The notes beneath the pieces were generated by a model, which had not been told where the DNA came from, did not search any database, and worked only from the letters and a program-made list of their open reading frames with translations. Positions 30,132-38,809 of a stretch of DNA of 64,000 nt are shown here, piece by piece (position 1 is the stretch's first letter; each line of letters begins with the position of its first letter). Both the position numbers and the translations under genes were made by a program. Location: contig JAVYOA010000002.1 in NCBI GenBank assembly GCA_038734945.1, positions 1 through 64,000 of the forward strand, in the 5' to 3' direction. This stretch comes from Fervidicoccaceae archaeon. Lineage in GTDB: Archaea > Thermoproteota > Thermoprotei_A > Sulfolobales > Fervidicoccaceae.

Positions 30132-30216
30132 TGCGGGGGGTGGGATTTGAACCCACGCAGGACTACTCCATCGGAGCCTCAGTCCGACCCCTTTGACCAT
30201 GCTCGGGCACCCCCGC
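30132..30216 (-). tRNA. tRNA-Leu(GAG)
   Basis: GCGGGGG...TCGGA-CT-GAG-GC-TCCGA, long variable arm, GGTTCAAATCC, CCCCCGC-A. Confidence 0.96.
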
Positions 30217-30326
30217 TCTATTTGTATATCGTGAAATATGGTTTTATATTGATTTCTCAATCATTTGTTATGAGACTTGGCAGATTTAAAAAATTGCCTT
30301 TCATTTAGGTTTTGATAATAAAAAAG

Positions 30327-31418
30327 TTATAGAACGAATCTTTTTATCATAGCATAATAAATAGCTATGGAAAATACTGCTATCGAAAGCGCTAGGAAAA
30401 CAGATATTGTTAGGATTGCTGGAAACACGCTCTGTATGCTCATGAGCGGATTTGCCAGGCTCTCGATGCTTATTCCACTGCTGCCCAGAACGACCATGTA
30501 TGGATAGCGAGATCCGTCATTCATGAACTCTCCTGTTATTGCTACAGCTATGGCAAGAATACCTATATATTTTCCATATGATGGAATGGTATTTGCTCCC
30601 AGTCTCCTCATTAAATGAATTGAGGCCGCTAGAAGAACTGCAAAAAGAAAGAGCTTTACTGCTAGAACTGGCATGAATTCTCCCGAAGTTATGCTATTAG
30701 CTATATACTGAGCATTATTGGATAGAATTAGATAGTAGGCAGTTCCTGCTATTGGCTGGAGCAGGAGGAATATAGTCGCAAAGAGTAGAGCTTTTCTGGA
30801 CCATAGTACATCTCTATCCATTATCATGATTGCTGCAACCATGAATGCTCCTACAGAAACAGCTGCTATTACTGTATGAGCATAGAGTCCCCAGAAAACG
30901 GGATCTGTATATGCATAAAGCAATGATGGCTGCGTTCCCTGAAGAAGAGCTGCTACTGATCTTGGAGAGGTAATTTCGGCGAATATTGTTCTGAATCCAA
31001 ACGGAATTCCAAAGCCAGACAGACCCATAATGAATCCGATTATGCTGTGGAGCTTTGGACTTACCTTCCCCCATGTGTACCAAAATATTGCTATTGAAGG
31101 AACTCTTATCATTATGCTAGCAATTGATATAGCAAGGGGACCAAACAATGCGCTGGCAGCTATTGCAGTTAGGGATGGGAAGAATCCTGCTAGGAATACA
31201 GTTATCACGGTTCCCCATACACCCGAGAAGAGCTCCGTTACAACCAGCAGCCTAAATGCTCTTCTGGCAAATGCCTCTAGATTTTGATCTTTTCTAGCAT
31301 AGGAAAGATATCTGTAGACGGCTACTATAATACCTACTCCGAGCGTAGTGGTTACAAAGCCTATATGTACAATAACAGCTATTCCAAGAAGGAGAAACTC
31401 GATAAATCCTGGAGTCAT
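30327..31418 (-). CDS. cydA': cytochrome bd oxidase CydA'-type second subunit
   Basis: CydA-like HIGFVTTTLG, SGVWGT, AHTVIAA and GEFMNDGSRYPY; overlaps cydA by 4 nt. Confidence 0.75.
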   Translation of the reverse strand: MTPGFIEFLLLGIAVIVHIGFVTTTLGVGIIVAVYRYLSYARKDQNLEAFARRAFRLLVVTELFSGVWGTVITVFLAGFFPSLTAIAASALFGPLAISIASIMIRVPSIAIFWYTWGKVSPKLHSIIGFIMGLSGFGIPFGFRTIFAEITSPRSVAALLQGTQPSLLYAYTDPVFWGLYAHTVIAAVSVGAFMVAAIMIMDRDVLWSRKALLFATIFLLLQPIAGTAYYLILSNNAQYIANSITSGEFMPVLAVKLFLFAVLLAASIHLMRRLGANTIPSYGKYIGILAIAVAITGEFMNDGSRYPYMVVLGSSGISIESLANPLMSIQSVFPAILTISVFLALSIAVFSIAIYYAMIKRFVL

Positions 31419-33052
31419 GAGTTCTCACCTCTTATTTTATTTAATAGCTCCCTGAAGTATTCTGAGACCTTGTCTGCGTTGAGAGCTACGTAGGCCATAG
31501 CAGCCAGACCAAGGATGTTAACAGACAGTATTATCAAAAATGCAATCAGCAGAAAAGACAGAGAATATGCAGTTGGCACAGTTGTTGCTAGCTCGCTTGG
31601 ATAGAGAAGACCGTATACTGTCCATGGCTTTCTTCCAACCTCTCTTACATACCATCCTAGAACCGATGCGGTAGCTGCTCCAAGAGCTATGAGGACTGCC
31701 AAAATCAAAATGGTCCTCTCCTTTCTGCCACCGAGCAACTTATCTATTGCTCTGGAGATAGGAGAGATCAGCGGTATTCTGTAGAGGAGGCCTGCTAAAG
31801 CTAATGAGGAAAGAAGAGCGAGTATTCCTCCAGCTATCTTAGTATAGTAGAGCACATTTATTGTTGGCAAGATTGACAAGTCAACGCTAAGATCTTGCTT
31901 ACAGACATCAGCTGCTGTTATGTTGAGAACTCTAGAAAGATTTTCATCCGATAGCTCTATATTTAGTAAGCCTGCAATTTGCTTAATGCTCTGAGCAGTT
32001 AAGTTATATTGTGAAGCGATTTGAGATAGGGTTTTGTTTCCCAGCAATTCGCATGAATTCTCATAATCTTTTATACCCATTATGGGATGGTTCGGATTTC
32101 CATAGGCAAGTAGGCTGACCAATGGATTGCTAATTTGCTCTACAGCTCCTTCCATCATTGAAAATTTTGTTGGATTGTATTCAACTACGGATGTTCCCAT
32201 TAGATGGCCGAACAAAGTTGGTTGAAGGATCATTAGAACTAGAAAAGGAATGAAGAAGGATGCGAGTATTTTCACATATCTATCATCTTTTGTTTTATAA
32301 TATCTGTAGGACCATGCTAATATGGCAATGGAAGTCCCTATTATGATGGCTGCTGTGATGTTGTGTATGGAAGACGAGATGTTGTATGGATTTTTGAGGG
32401 CAATGTAAGGATCTGTTATTAATATGCCAACTTTCTGAGCGGCAATTGGGTCTTGTAATACTGATTGAAGTGGCAACCCTGTTGCCAGCATTATGATTTT
32501 GACTGCAAGCAGCTTTGAAGGATCCATTGCTGCTGGACCGTAGTCGGGCATGAATGGATATATGCTTTCAGCAAGGTTGCCTGTTCCCCATGGAGAAACA
32601 AGCCAAGAATTTACTGAGGTAATCAGTATTCCAGAAAGAATAGCAAACGCCCAGTATGATAGTATTATCGTTAGGCTCTTTTTTGCAGAGAATTTTCCTA
32701 GGGTTACATAGAACAATATCAGAAGAGCTACCTCCATTACAAATGCTATGAGTTCCGCTGCCAATGGAGCAAATGCCGATGTGGCTATAGCAACAAGGGT
32801 TCCAGACCATATTTGAACTAGGCCGAATTCAACTAATGTTCCGGTAATAGCTCCAAGAGCGAAATTAATCATCAGTATAATTGTCGTAATTCTGGCAGCT
32901 CTCAGTAAAGACTCGTCACCAGTCCTGCTATATTTATAAAGAAGGGAAGCAATTGCAAGAGGAAAGCCAAGGGTTATTGAAACTGATATTGCATGAAAGT
33001 ATATTCCTGTAGCAGAGAGATCGAGGAGACCAGCAATCTGCATTGAATTCAC
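31415..33052 (-). CDS. cydA: cytochrome bd ubiquinol oxidase subunit I
   Basis: FHAISV, NFALGAITGT..EF, KFSMMEG, GWYVREVGRKPW. Confidence 0.9.
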   Translation of the reverse strand: MNSMQIAGLLDLSATGIYFHAISVSITLGFPLAIASLLYKYSRTGDESLLRAARITTIILMINFALGAITGTLVEFGLVQIWSGTLVAIATSAFAPLAAELIAFVMEVALLILFYVTLGKFSAKKSLTIILSYWAFAILSGILITSVNSWLVSPWGTGNLAESIYPFMPDYGPAAMDPSKLLAVKIIMLATGLPLQSVLQDPIAAQKVGILITDPYIALKNPYNISSSIHNITAAIIIGTSIAILAWSYRYYKTKDDRYVKILASFFIPFLVLMILQPTLFGHLMGTSVVEYNPTKFSMMEGAVEQISNPLVSLLAYGNPNHPIMGIKDYENSCELLGNKTLSQIASQYNLTAQSIKQIAGLLNIELSDENLSRVLNITAADVCKQDLSVDLSILPTINVLYYTKIAGGILALLSSLALAGLLYRIPLISPISRAIDKLLGGRKERTILILAVLIALGAATASVLGWYVREVGRKPWTVYGLLYPSELATTVPTAYSLSFLLIAFLIILSVNILGLAAMAYVALNADKVSEYFRELLNKIRGENS

Positions 33053-33342
33053 CTTCTTTATAAAATCAAGTCTATTGATATAAAAAATTTACTCATAGAA
33101 AAATGAAATATTACAAAGTTATTTATTTATTCGGATATTTCGCTATTTTTTATGAGAGAGTTTTATTAAAGAGCGGTTCGTTTAAAGTTGAGCATCCACA
33201 TAAAGGGAGCTGTAAAAAGTATTAATAAGTTATCTTTTAAATATAAATTAATAAAATTACTTAAAAAATTGTTATTTTGTTTTACTATTTTGGAAAAGTT
33301 TTTATATATCATGTTTAATAAACTTAGAAATTGGGATAGATT

Positions 33343-34557
33343 ATGGTTGCTTGGAAAAAATATGCATTGATCCTTGCTATAGCGGTTGGGTTTATCATAG
33401 GGATAGCTGTTGGATTTGCCTACGGAAAATCAGCAGGTGTCCTGAAGCCTCTTGGCGACTTCTTCATTAGATTGATGAGAATGATTGTGACTCCTTTAGT
33501 CATAATTACCATATCCGCAGCAGTAGCTTCGATTGCTGATCTAAGAAAGCTTGGAAAGCTGGTTTTAGGGACCTTCTTCTTCTTTATTTTGCTTTCTGCT
33601 ATCGCTGCTACTTTAATGCTGTCTGCTGCCCTTGTATTTAAGCCTGGAGCAGGCGTTGGGCTAAAACCCCCTGCTGGATATACCCCGCCAACTCCTCCTA
33701 GCGTAGTTGATATATTGTTGAATTTAGTTCCAACTGATTTTGGTAATATATTGAACGTTTCAGGTCTGCTTCAGGCAATAGTGTTCTCCATTTTGCTTGG
33801 ATTGGCAGTTAGCCTCGCTGGAGATAGAGGAAGGCCAGTAGCTGAAGCTCTTAATAGACTATCGGAAATTATGATCAAGTATGTTTCTATTATTATGTGG
33901 TATGCTCCAATCGGAGTATTCGGCTATGCTGCCTATGTGATAGGAACGTATGGAACCGGCATACTGGAGGCATATGGAAGATTGCTGCTTGTTGACTACA
34001 CGTTCAGCTTGCTTTTCTTCTTCGTTGGATACACGATAGTTACCTGGGCATCTGGTATAAATCCGCTTGTATATTGGAGGGCAATAATAGAACCAGCAAT
34101 AGTAGCCTTCACTACTAGAAGCAGTGCAGTTGCACTCCCAGTTAACTTCAGAGCAGCAAAGAGAATTGGAGTTCCTGACTATGTAGCTCAACTGGTGCTG
34201 CCTACTGGAGCTACATGCCACATGGATGGGACAGCAATGTACCAAGTTCTATCGACAATTTTCATAGCGCAGGTCTATGGCCTTGCAGTTGCCCCTGCCT
34301 TGTACCCAACCATAGTTTTGGTGGGAACTTTGGCAGCTGTTGCCACAGCAGCAGTTCCTGGAGGAGGATTGCTAATGCTTGCTATGACTGTAGGAGCAGC
34401 TGGAATGCCGCTAGAGGGTATAGCTTTGATTACAGCCATAGATCCTCTTCTGGATATGCTGAGAACAATGATAAATGCGGAAGGCGATGTGGCTGTATCC
34501 ACGTTGATGAGCAGAATAATGGAAGGTCCCAGATGGTGGGAGAAAACAAAAACCTAA
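33343..34557 (+). CDS. dicarboxylate/amino acid:cation symporter (GltPh-like)
   Basis: TRSS, GATCHMDGT, AVPGGG, DMLRTMIN..GD. Confidence 0.92.
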   Translation: MVAWKKYALILAIAVGFIIGIAVGFAYGKSAGVLKPLGDFFIRLMRMIVTPLVIITISAAVASIADLRKLGKLVLGTFFFFILLSAIAATLMLSAALVFKPGAGVGLKPPAGYTPPTPPSVVDILLNLVPTDFGNILNVSGLLQAIVFSILLGLAVSLAGDRGRPVAEALNRLSEIMIKYVSIIMWYAPIGVFGYAAYVIGTYGTGILEAYGRLLLVDYTFSLLFFFVGYTIVTWASGINPLVYWRAIIEPAIVAFTTRSSAVALPVNFRAAKRIGVPDYVAQLVLPTGATCHMDGTAMYQVLSTIFIAQVYGLAVAPALYPTIVLVGTLAAVATAAVPGGGLLMLAMTVGAAGMPLEGIALITAIDPLLDMLRTMINAEGDVAVSTLMSRIMEGPRWWEKTKT

Positions 34558-34647
34558 TATTTTTTTAATTCTTCCTTTTTAAAAATACGAAGAGCTGAGG
34601 AACAAAAATAACATTTTAAAACCGCTTGTTCATTACTTTACTTTGTT

Positions 34648-34742
<95 letters not shown>

Positions 34743-34767
34743 TCGTTTCATAGAAAAGGTGAAAGAA

Positions 34768-35007
34768 ATGTCTGAATACAAGGGAAAGAAGAGGCCGATC
34801 GATGTAATCAAGATTTCAGATGCTGAAATACCAATAACGGAAGATCTATTGAAGATACTGAAAAAATATGTGATGACCCAGATGACACTTGAGGAACTTG
34901 CTAGAGAGCTTGGTCTGGAAAGTTGGGAGAAGGCATATGAGTTCATCAAAGCCGTGCCTGCCTGGCTGATATGGACTCCGTTCACGATGTGGGAAATAAC
35001 AGAGTGA
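34768..35007 (+). CDS. small hypothetical protein (HTH-like)
   Basis: MTLEELARELGL...AYEFIK. Confidence 0.65.
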   Translation: MSEYKGKKRPIDVIKISDAEIPITEDLLKILKKYVMTQMTLEELARELGLESWEKAYEFIKAVPAWLIWTPFTMWEITE

Positions 35008-35699
35008 TTTTTGACTTGGTAGTTGACGGCAAAGGTGGAGGCTATCTGTCATCGCTATCAGAAGCTTTGAAAAAGTATGAAATTCCCAAGGAGAGCGCTT
35101 TCATTGTTTTTAATGTCATCCAGAAGCACCCGAACAATCCTTTTATTACGCTAGTCAGCATCATTCTTTCCCAGAACACCAGTGACAGAAATGCTATGCT
35201 AGCTCTTGAGAGGATGGAAAAATACGGAATGACATCGCCGGAGGCTATATTGAAAGCTGGATACCAAAAAGTACTTGAAGCTGTTTATCCGTCCGGAATG
35301 GGCAAAATAAAAGCGAGAAGAATTCTTAACATATCCCAAATTGTCTTAGAAAATGGGGATTTTCTGGAAAAGGTCTGCGAGTTGGGGGAAAAAGGAAAAG
35401 AGCTTCTAATGCAGCTTGAAGGCGTTGGTTTAAAGACGGCAGATGTCTTCATGATTTCCTATTGCAATTATCCTTCATTTCCAGTCGATAGGCACATTGC
35501 TAGAATTACGGAGAGAATTGTTGGAAGAAAGATGAAGTATGAGGAAATTTCGAATTTTTGGAAGGAGAAATTGGGAGCATCTGACTATAAAATAGCGCAC
35601 ATGAAGCTGATAGCTATTGGAAGGGATATTTGCAGAAAAAGAAACCCGAAGTGCGGAATGTGCCCGCTCAGGGAATTCTGTGCTTCGAAGAGGGGGTGA
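35004..35699 (+). CDS. nth: endonuclease III (HhH-GPD, 4Fe-4S)
   Basis: LSQNTSD, LEGVGLKTA, FPVDRH, CRKRNPKCGMCPLREFC. Confidence 0.92.
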   Translation: MIFDLVVDGKGGGYLSSLSEALKKYEIPKESAFIVFNVIQKHPNNPFITLVSIILSQNTSDRNAMLALERMEKYGMTSPEAILKAGYQKVLEAVYPSGMGKIKARRILNISQIVLENGDFLEKVCELGEKGKELLMQLEGVGLKTADVFMISYCNYPSFPVDRHIARITERIVGRKMKYEEISNFWKEKLGASDYKIAHMKLIAIGRDICRKRNPKCGMCPLREFCASKRG

Positions 35700-36231
35700 A
35701 AGTCACATAGAGGAAATCAGAGGTATTCTAATAACAACAAGAACAAACAGAGAGAGAAGTGCAGAAAATGAGCTTGGAAGCTTGCTAATAAGCAGAGGAA
35801 TACCCTTCAGGATGGGGGCCGAGCTTGGTAATGGAGCAGTCCTCTTTTCAACAGAATTTCCATTTAAAGCATATAGGGCAGTAATTTCTTCTCTGCTCTC
35901 TGAACCGATGAGAGTTTATCCTCTTGTTAAGCTGAAGGACCTGGAGAGAATTCTATCATTGGTGAAAATAGATAAGATGAGATGCTATTTGAGGAAAAAA
36001 ATGGAAATCTGCAATGATATTGAGAATTATGCAAGGAAAATAATTGTAGGTAAGAATTTGGATAATACTCAGAGCTCTCTACATGTGATGCTGCACATAC
36101 AGGGATTGGGAGTATTTTATGGATATTCCCCCATTCCAAGAGATTGTGAGAGGTACGAAATGATTTTAAAGATGAGCAACCTTCGGGGATTCTGTTCTTC
36201 ATATGCAGATAAAGTATCAGCCTTGCTGTAA
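35617..36231 (+). CDS. hypothetical protein (N-terminus reminiscent of THUMP-associated domain)
   Basis: ILITTRTNRERSAENEL; start uncertain. Confidence 0.5.
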   Translation: MEGIFAEKETRSAECARSGNSVLRRGGESHIEEIRGILITTRTNRERSAENELGSLLISRGIPFRMGAELGNGAVLFSTEFPFKAYRAVISSLLSEPMRVYPLVKLKDLERILSLVKIDKMRCYLRKKMEICNDIENYARKIIVGKNLDNTQSSLHVMLHIQGLGVFYGYSPIPRDCERYEMILKMSNLRGFCSSYADKVSALL

Positions 36232-36268
36232 AGAGGAGAAATGGCGGCGGGGCCCCGCTCTTGAAAAG

Positions 36269-36356
36269 TAGCGGGGGGTGGATTCGAACCACCGACCTCG
36301 GGGTTCCTCCGAGGCCTCAGGCCCCTTATGAGCTTCGCGGGTTCGGGGCTACCGCC
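36269..36356 (-). tRNA. split tRNA-iMet(CAT) 3' half (positions 31-73 at 36333-36269) with leader 36356-36334 and 22-nt intron 36305-36326
   Basis: GGCGGTAGCCCCGAACCCGCGAA|GCTCATA[intron]ACCCCGAGGTCGGTGGTTCGAATCCACCCCCCGCTA; no D arm; leader complementary to the trailer of the 5' half. Confidence 0.9.
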
Positions 36357-36377
36357 ACTGCTTTATATGCATGGAAA

Positions 36378-36391
36378 GGATTAAAAGGTTT
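36378..36391 (-). promoter_or_regulatory. BRE/TATA-like promoter for the tRNA 3' half
   Basis: AAACCTTTTAATCC about 25 nt upstream of the GGCGG leader. Confidence 0.55.
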
Positions 36392-36393
36392 TA

Positions 36394-36900
36394 CTATTTG
36401 AGAACTGTGTCATTCAAAACAGATTCAGCCCATTTCCTTCCATAGAACCTTGAGACTTCCTCGAAATTTTCCTCTACGAAAATCCTGAGGGCTTTTCTGC
36501 TCAGGACATCTGCTGCTTCGTTGTTCTCCCTTGGAATCCACTCGATTTTATATGACTTGAAATTTCTGAGAAGATTGATAGATTTGTTGTAAAGGGGGAT
36601 CAGCCTGGGTGCCTTTACTCTGTATTTGCCAATGAGTTGCTTGATTACGAGCTGGGAGTCTCCTCTTATGGTAATATCTTTTTCAGAAAGATCGCTTTCA
36701 ATAATTAGCTCCAGCCCTCTTATCAGAGCTGTGTACTCAGCAACGTTGTTTGAAACATTGTCTCCTCTAAATCCAGCACCTACAATTCCAAATTCTTCTT
36801 TCAGAACCTTTTTATTCTCGAAGATGACAACGCCGTATGTAGCTATCCCTCCAGGATTGATAGGCTCACACAGACCATCAAAATATAAAAGGAGACCCAA
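36394..36900 (-). CDS. rnhA: ribonuclease HI
   Basis: YFDG, SNNVAEY, GDSQLV, WIPRENN..AD. Confidence 0.93.
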   Translation of the reverse strand: MGLLLYFDGLCEPINPGGIATYGVVIFENKKVLKEEFGIVGAGFRGDNVSNNVAEYTALIRGLELIIESDLSEKDITIRGDSQLVIKQLIGKYRVKAPRLIPLYNKSINLLRNFKSYKIEWIPRENNEAADVLSRKALRIFVEENFEEVSRFYGRKWAESVLNDTVLK

Positions 36901-36911
36901 GCATTTCCACC

Positions 36912-37709
36912 TTAGAGCTTATAAACCGCAGTGTTTCTCTGCTTCAGCATGGGCAGCTTCCTTCTCACTTCTTCTATTTCGGAAACTTCTATGGTGATTT
37001 CTCTGTATTTTTCCCCTACACCAAGATCGTATATTACTTCTCCCATTGGACCTATGATGGTACTTCTTCCTGTAAAATTCTTTCCATACTGATTTACTAT
37101 AGCTAAGAATATTGTGTTCTCATGCGCTCTGGCCCTCCCCAATACATGCAGAATTTCTTCCTTCATGTCTCCCCTATACCAACCAGAAGGAACGATCACG
37201 AGCTCAGCACCTCCTAGGGCATAAGTTCTGAATAGTTCTGGAAACCTTATGTCATAGCATATTGCTACTGAGATTTTCGTGCCTTTCAGCTCGATTATTG
37301 AAGATGGTGCGTTTCCCGGAAGCATGAATTCGGATTCTCTATAGTCGTAAGCATCAAAGAGATGAGCTTTTCTATATCTCAGCAGAATTTCTCCTTTTGG
37401 ACTGAAAATCACTGCTTCATTATAGACCTTTGGTTTAGAGGCAGGAGTGAAGAGCGTTGCTAAGATGTGGACGCCTAGTTTGCTTGCCAATTCTTTTAGT
37501 GAAGAAGCAAAAGCTCCATCCAATTCTTCTGCCATCATATATATTCTATCTGGTTCATCTCCTGTAGGATTGTACATGAAATACTCTGGAGTAATAATGA
37601 GATCTGCTTCCCTCAAGTTTATTATATTATTCAACTTTTCTATGTTTTTTGCCTTATCCTTAGTGCTTTCCATCTGTACTATGCCAAGAGTTATACTTCT
37701 ATTTTTCAT
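36912..37709 (-). CDS. carbon-nitrogen hydrolase (nitrilase/Nit family)
   Basis: E-K-C triad: TPEY, YRKAHLFD, ICYDIRFPE. Confidence 0.9.
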   Translation of the reverse strand: MKNRSITLGIVQMESTKDKAKNIEKLNNIINLREADLIITPEYFMYNPTGDEPDRIYMMAEELDGAFASSLKELASKLGVHILATLFTPASKPKVYNEAVIFSPKGEILLRYRKAHLFDAYDYRESEFMLPGNAPSSIIELKGTKISVAICYDIRFPELFRTYALGGAELVIVPSGWYRGDMKEEILHVLGRARAHENTIFLAIVNQYGKNFTGRSTIIGPMGEVIYDLGVGEKYREITIEVSEIEEVRRKLPMLKQRNTAVYKL

Positions 37710-37927
37710 TTTTATTCCCCGAGGAATGTTCAAAGCTTATTTTTAATTTGATCACTAAGAAAAAATCCTCGAGAATGTATAAATATTATTTGGAAAGCAT
37801 GGAGTCTGATGTCCTCTCTCTCATAAAATATGAAACTTTTAGGTTGTAAATAAGCTAGTAGGGAAATACTTATTATTCCCATCCGATAGAGAAAAAGTTG
37901 TCATAACATAAACGGAAGGTATGAATT

Positions 37928-38389
37928 TTGAACGAAGAAAACGAATCTGAAAGAAATGTAACAAAAAAAGTTATGGAGCTAAAACAAGGCGAAAGCTCCA
38001 TAACAATAAAGGGAAGGGTTCTTGAAGCAAACGAACCAAAAACCATAGAAACGAAGAAAGGGACAAGAACAATAAGTGAGGCAGTTCTAGGCGACGAAAC
38101 TGGTAGAGTGAAGATGACATTGTGGGGAGATAAGGCAGGAAGCATTGAGGAAGGACAGGCTGTGAAGATAACGAACGCATGGACCACTGGATATAGAGGG
38201 AAGGTTCAACTGAATGTTGGGGCTAGCTCAGAAATAACTCAAATTGGAGATGAAGAAGTTCCCAATGCTGAGGAGATCCCCGAATCAGAGCCAGCAGCTC
38301 CTATGGAAGAGAGGAGGGGAGGCTTTGATAGGAGAGGAGGAAGGCGAGATTACAGACAAGGCGGTGGCTTCAGAAGAAGAGAATGGTGA
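37928..38389 (+). CDS. ssb: crenarchaeal single-stranded DNA-binding protein
   Basis: Single OB fold (GDETGRVKMTLWG) with R/G-rich tail. Confidence 0.9.
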   Translation: MNEENESERNVTKKVMELKQGESSITIKGRVLEANEPKTIETKKGTRTISEAVLGDETGRVKMTLWGDKAGSIEEGQAVKITNAWTTGYRGKVQLNVGASSEITQIGDEEVPNAEEIPESEPAAPMEERRGGFDRRGGRRDYRQGGGFRRREW

Positions 38390-38397
38390 GCTGCTAA

Positions 38398-38682
38398 ATG
38401 AGCTATGCGGAAATAAAGGAAAAGAGATTTATGAGAAAGGGAGAAGAAGCAGGAACGAATAACGAGAACTTCTACATTACAGATGAATCTAATGTAACCT
38501 ATGAGCTATCTGCAGCTGTCTATTATGTCTGGAAGCTTGCTGATGGTATCAAGACAGTTGAGGAAATAGTTAAGCAAGCCAGTTCTGAGCTGAATATGCC
38601 AGAAGAAGAGCTTCAAGAACCAATAGCTGTTATCATGCTCAAGCTGCTCGAAAATAATCTTGTTTCAGAAAGCCTTGAATAA
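38398..38682 (+). CDS. PqqD-like (RRE) small protein
   Basis: YELSAAVYYVWKLADGIKTVEEIV...LLENNLV. Confidence 0.75.
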   Translation: MSYAEIKEKRFMRKGEEAGTNNENFYITDESNVTYELSAAVYYVWKLADGIKTVEEIVKQASSELNMPEEELQEPIAVIMLKLLENNLVSESLE

Positions 38683-38695
38683 AAATATATAAAAA
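38681..38695 (+). promoter_or_regulatory. BRE/TATA-like promoter for the tRNA 5' half
   Basis: AAAAATATATAAAAA about 25 nt upstream of the GGCGGGG leader at 38718. Confidence 0.6.
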
Positions 38696-38730
38696 CCCTT
38701 GGCCTAATTTTTTTATTGGCGGGGAAAAAA

Positions 38731-38780
38731 AGCGGGGTAGGGCAGCCAGGTAGCCCGCGGGAGGTGCGTGGGCTACCGCC
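38731..38780 (+). tRNA. split tRNA-iMet 5' half (positions 1-30 at 38731-38761) with complementary trailer 38762-38780
   Basis: AGCGGGGTAGGGCAGCCAGGTAGCCCGCGGG|AGGTGCGTGGGCTACCGCC; acceptor 5' strand, D arm, part of anticodon stem; T-run follows. Confidence 0.9.
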
Positions 38781-38809
38781 CTATGATTTTTTCCAAAAAC
38801 AGAAAAAAT

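Noticed and set aside
38731..38761. tRNA fragment read as an att-site remnant or pseudo-tRNA
   Set aside because: The two pieces abut exactly at 30/31 with no duplicated sequence, have complementary flanks forming a splice motif, and no integrase is nearby
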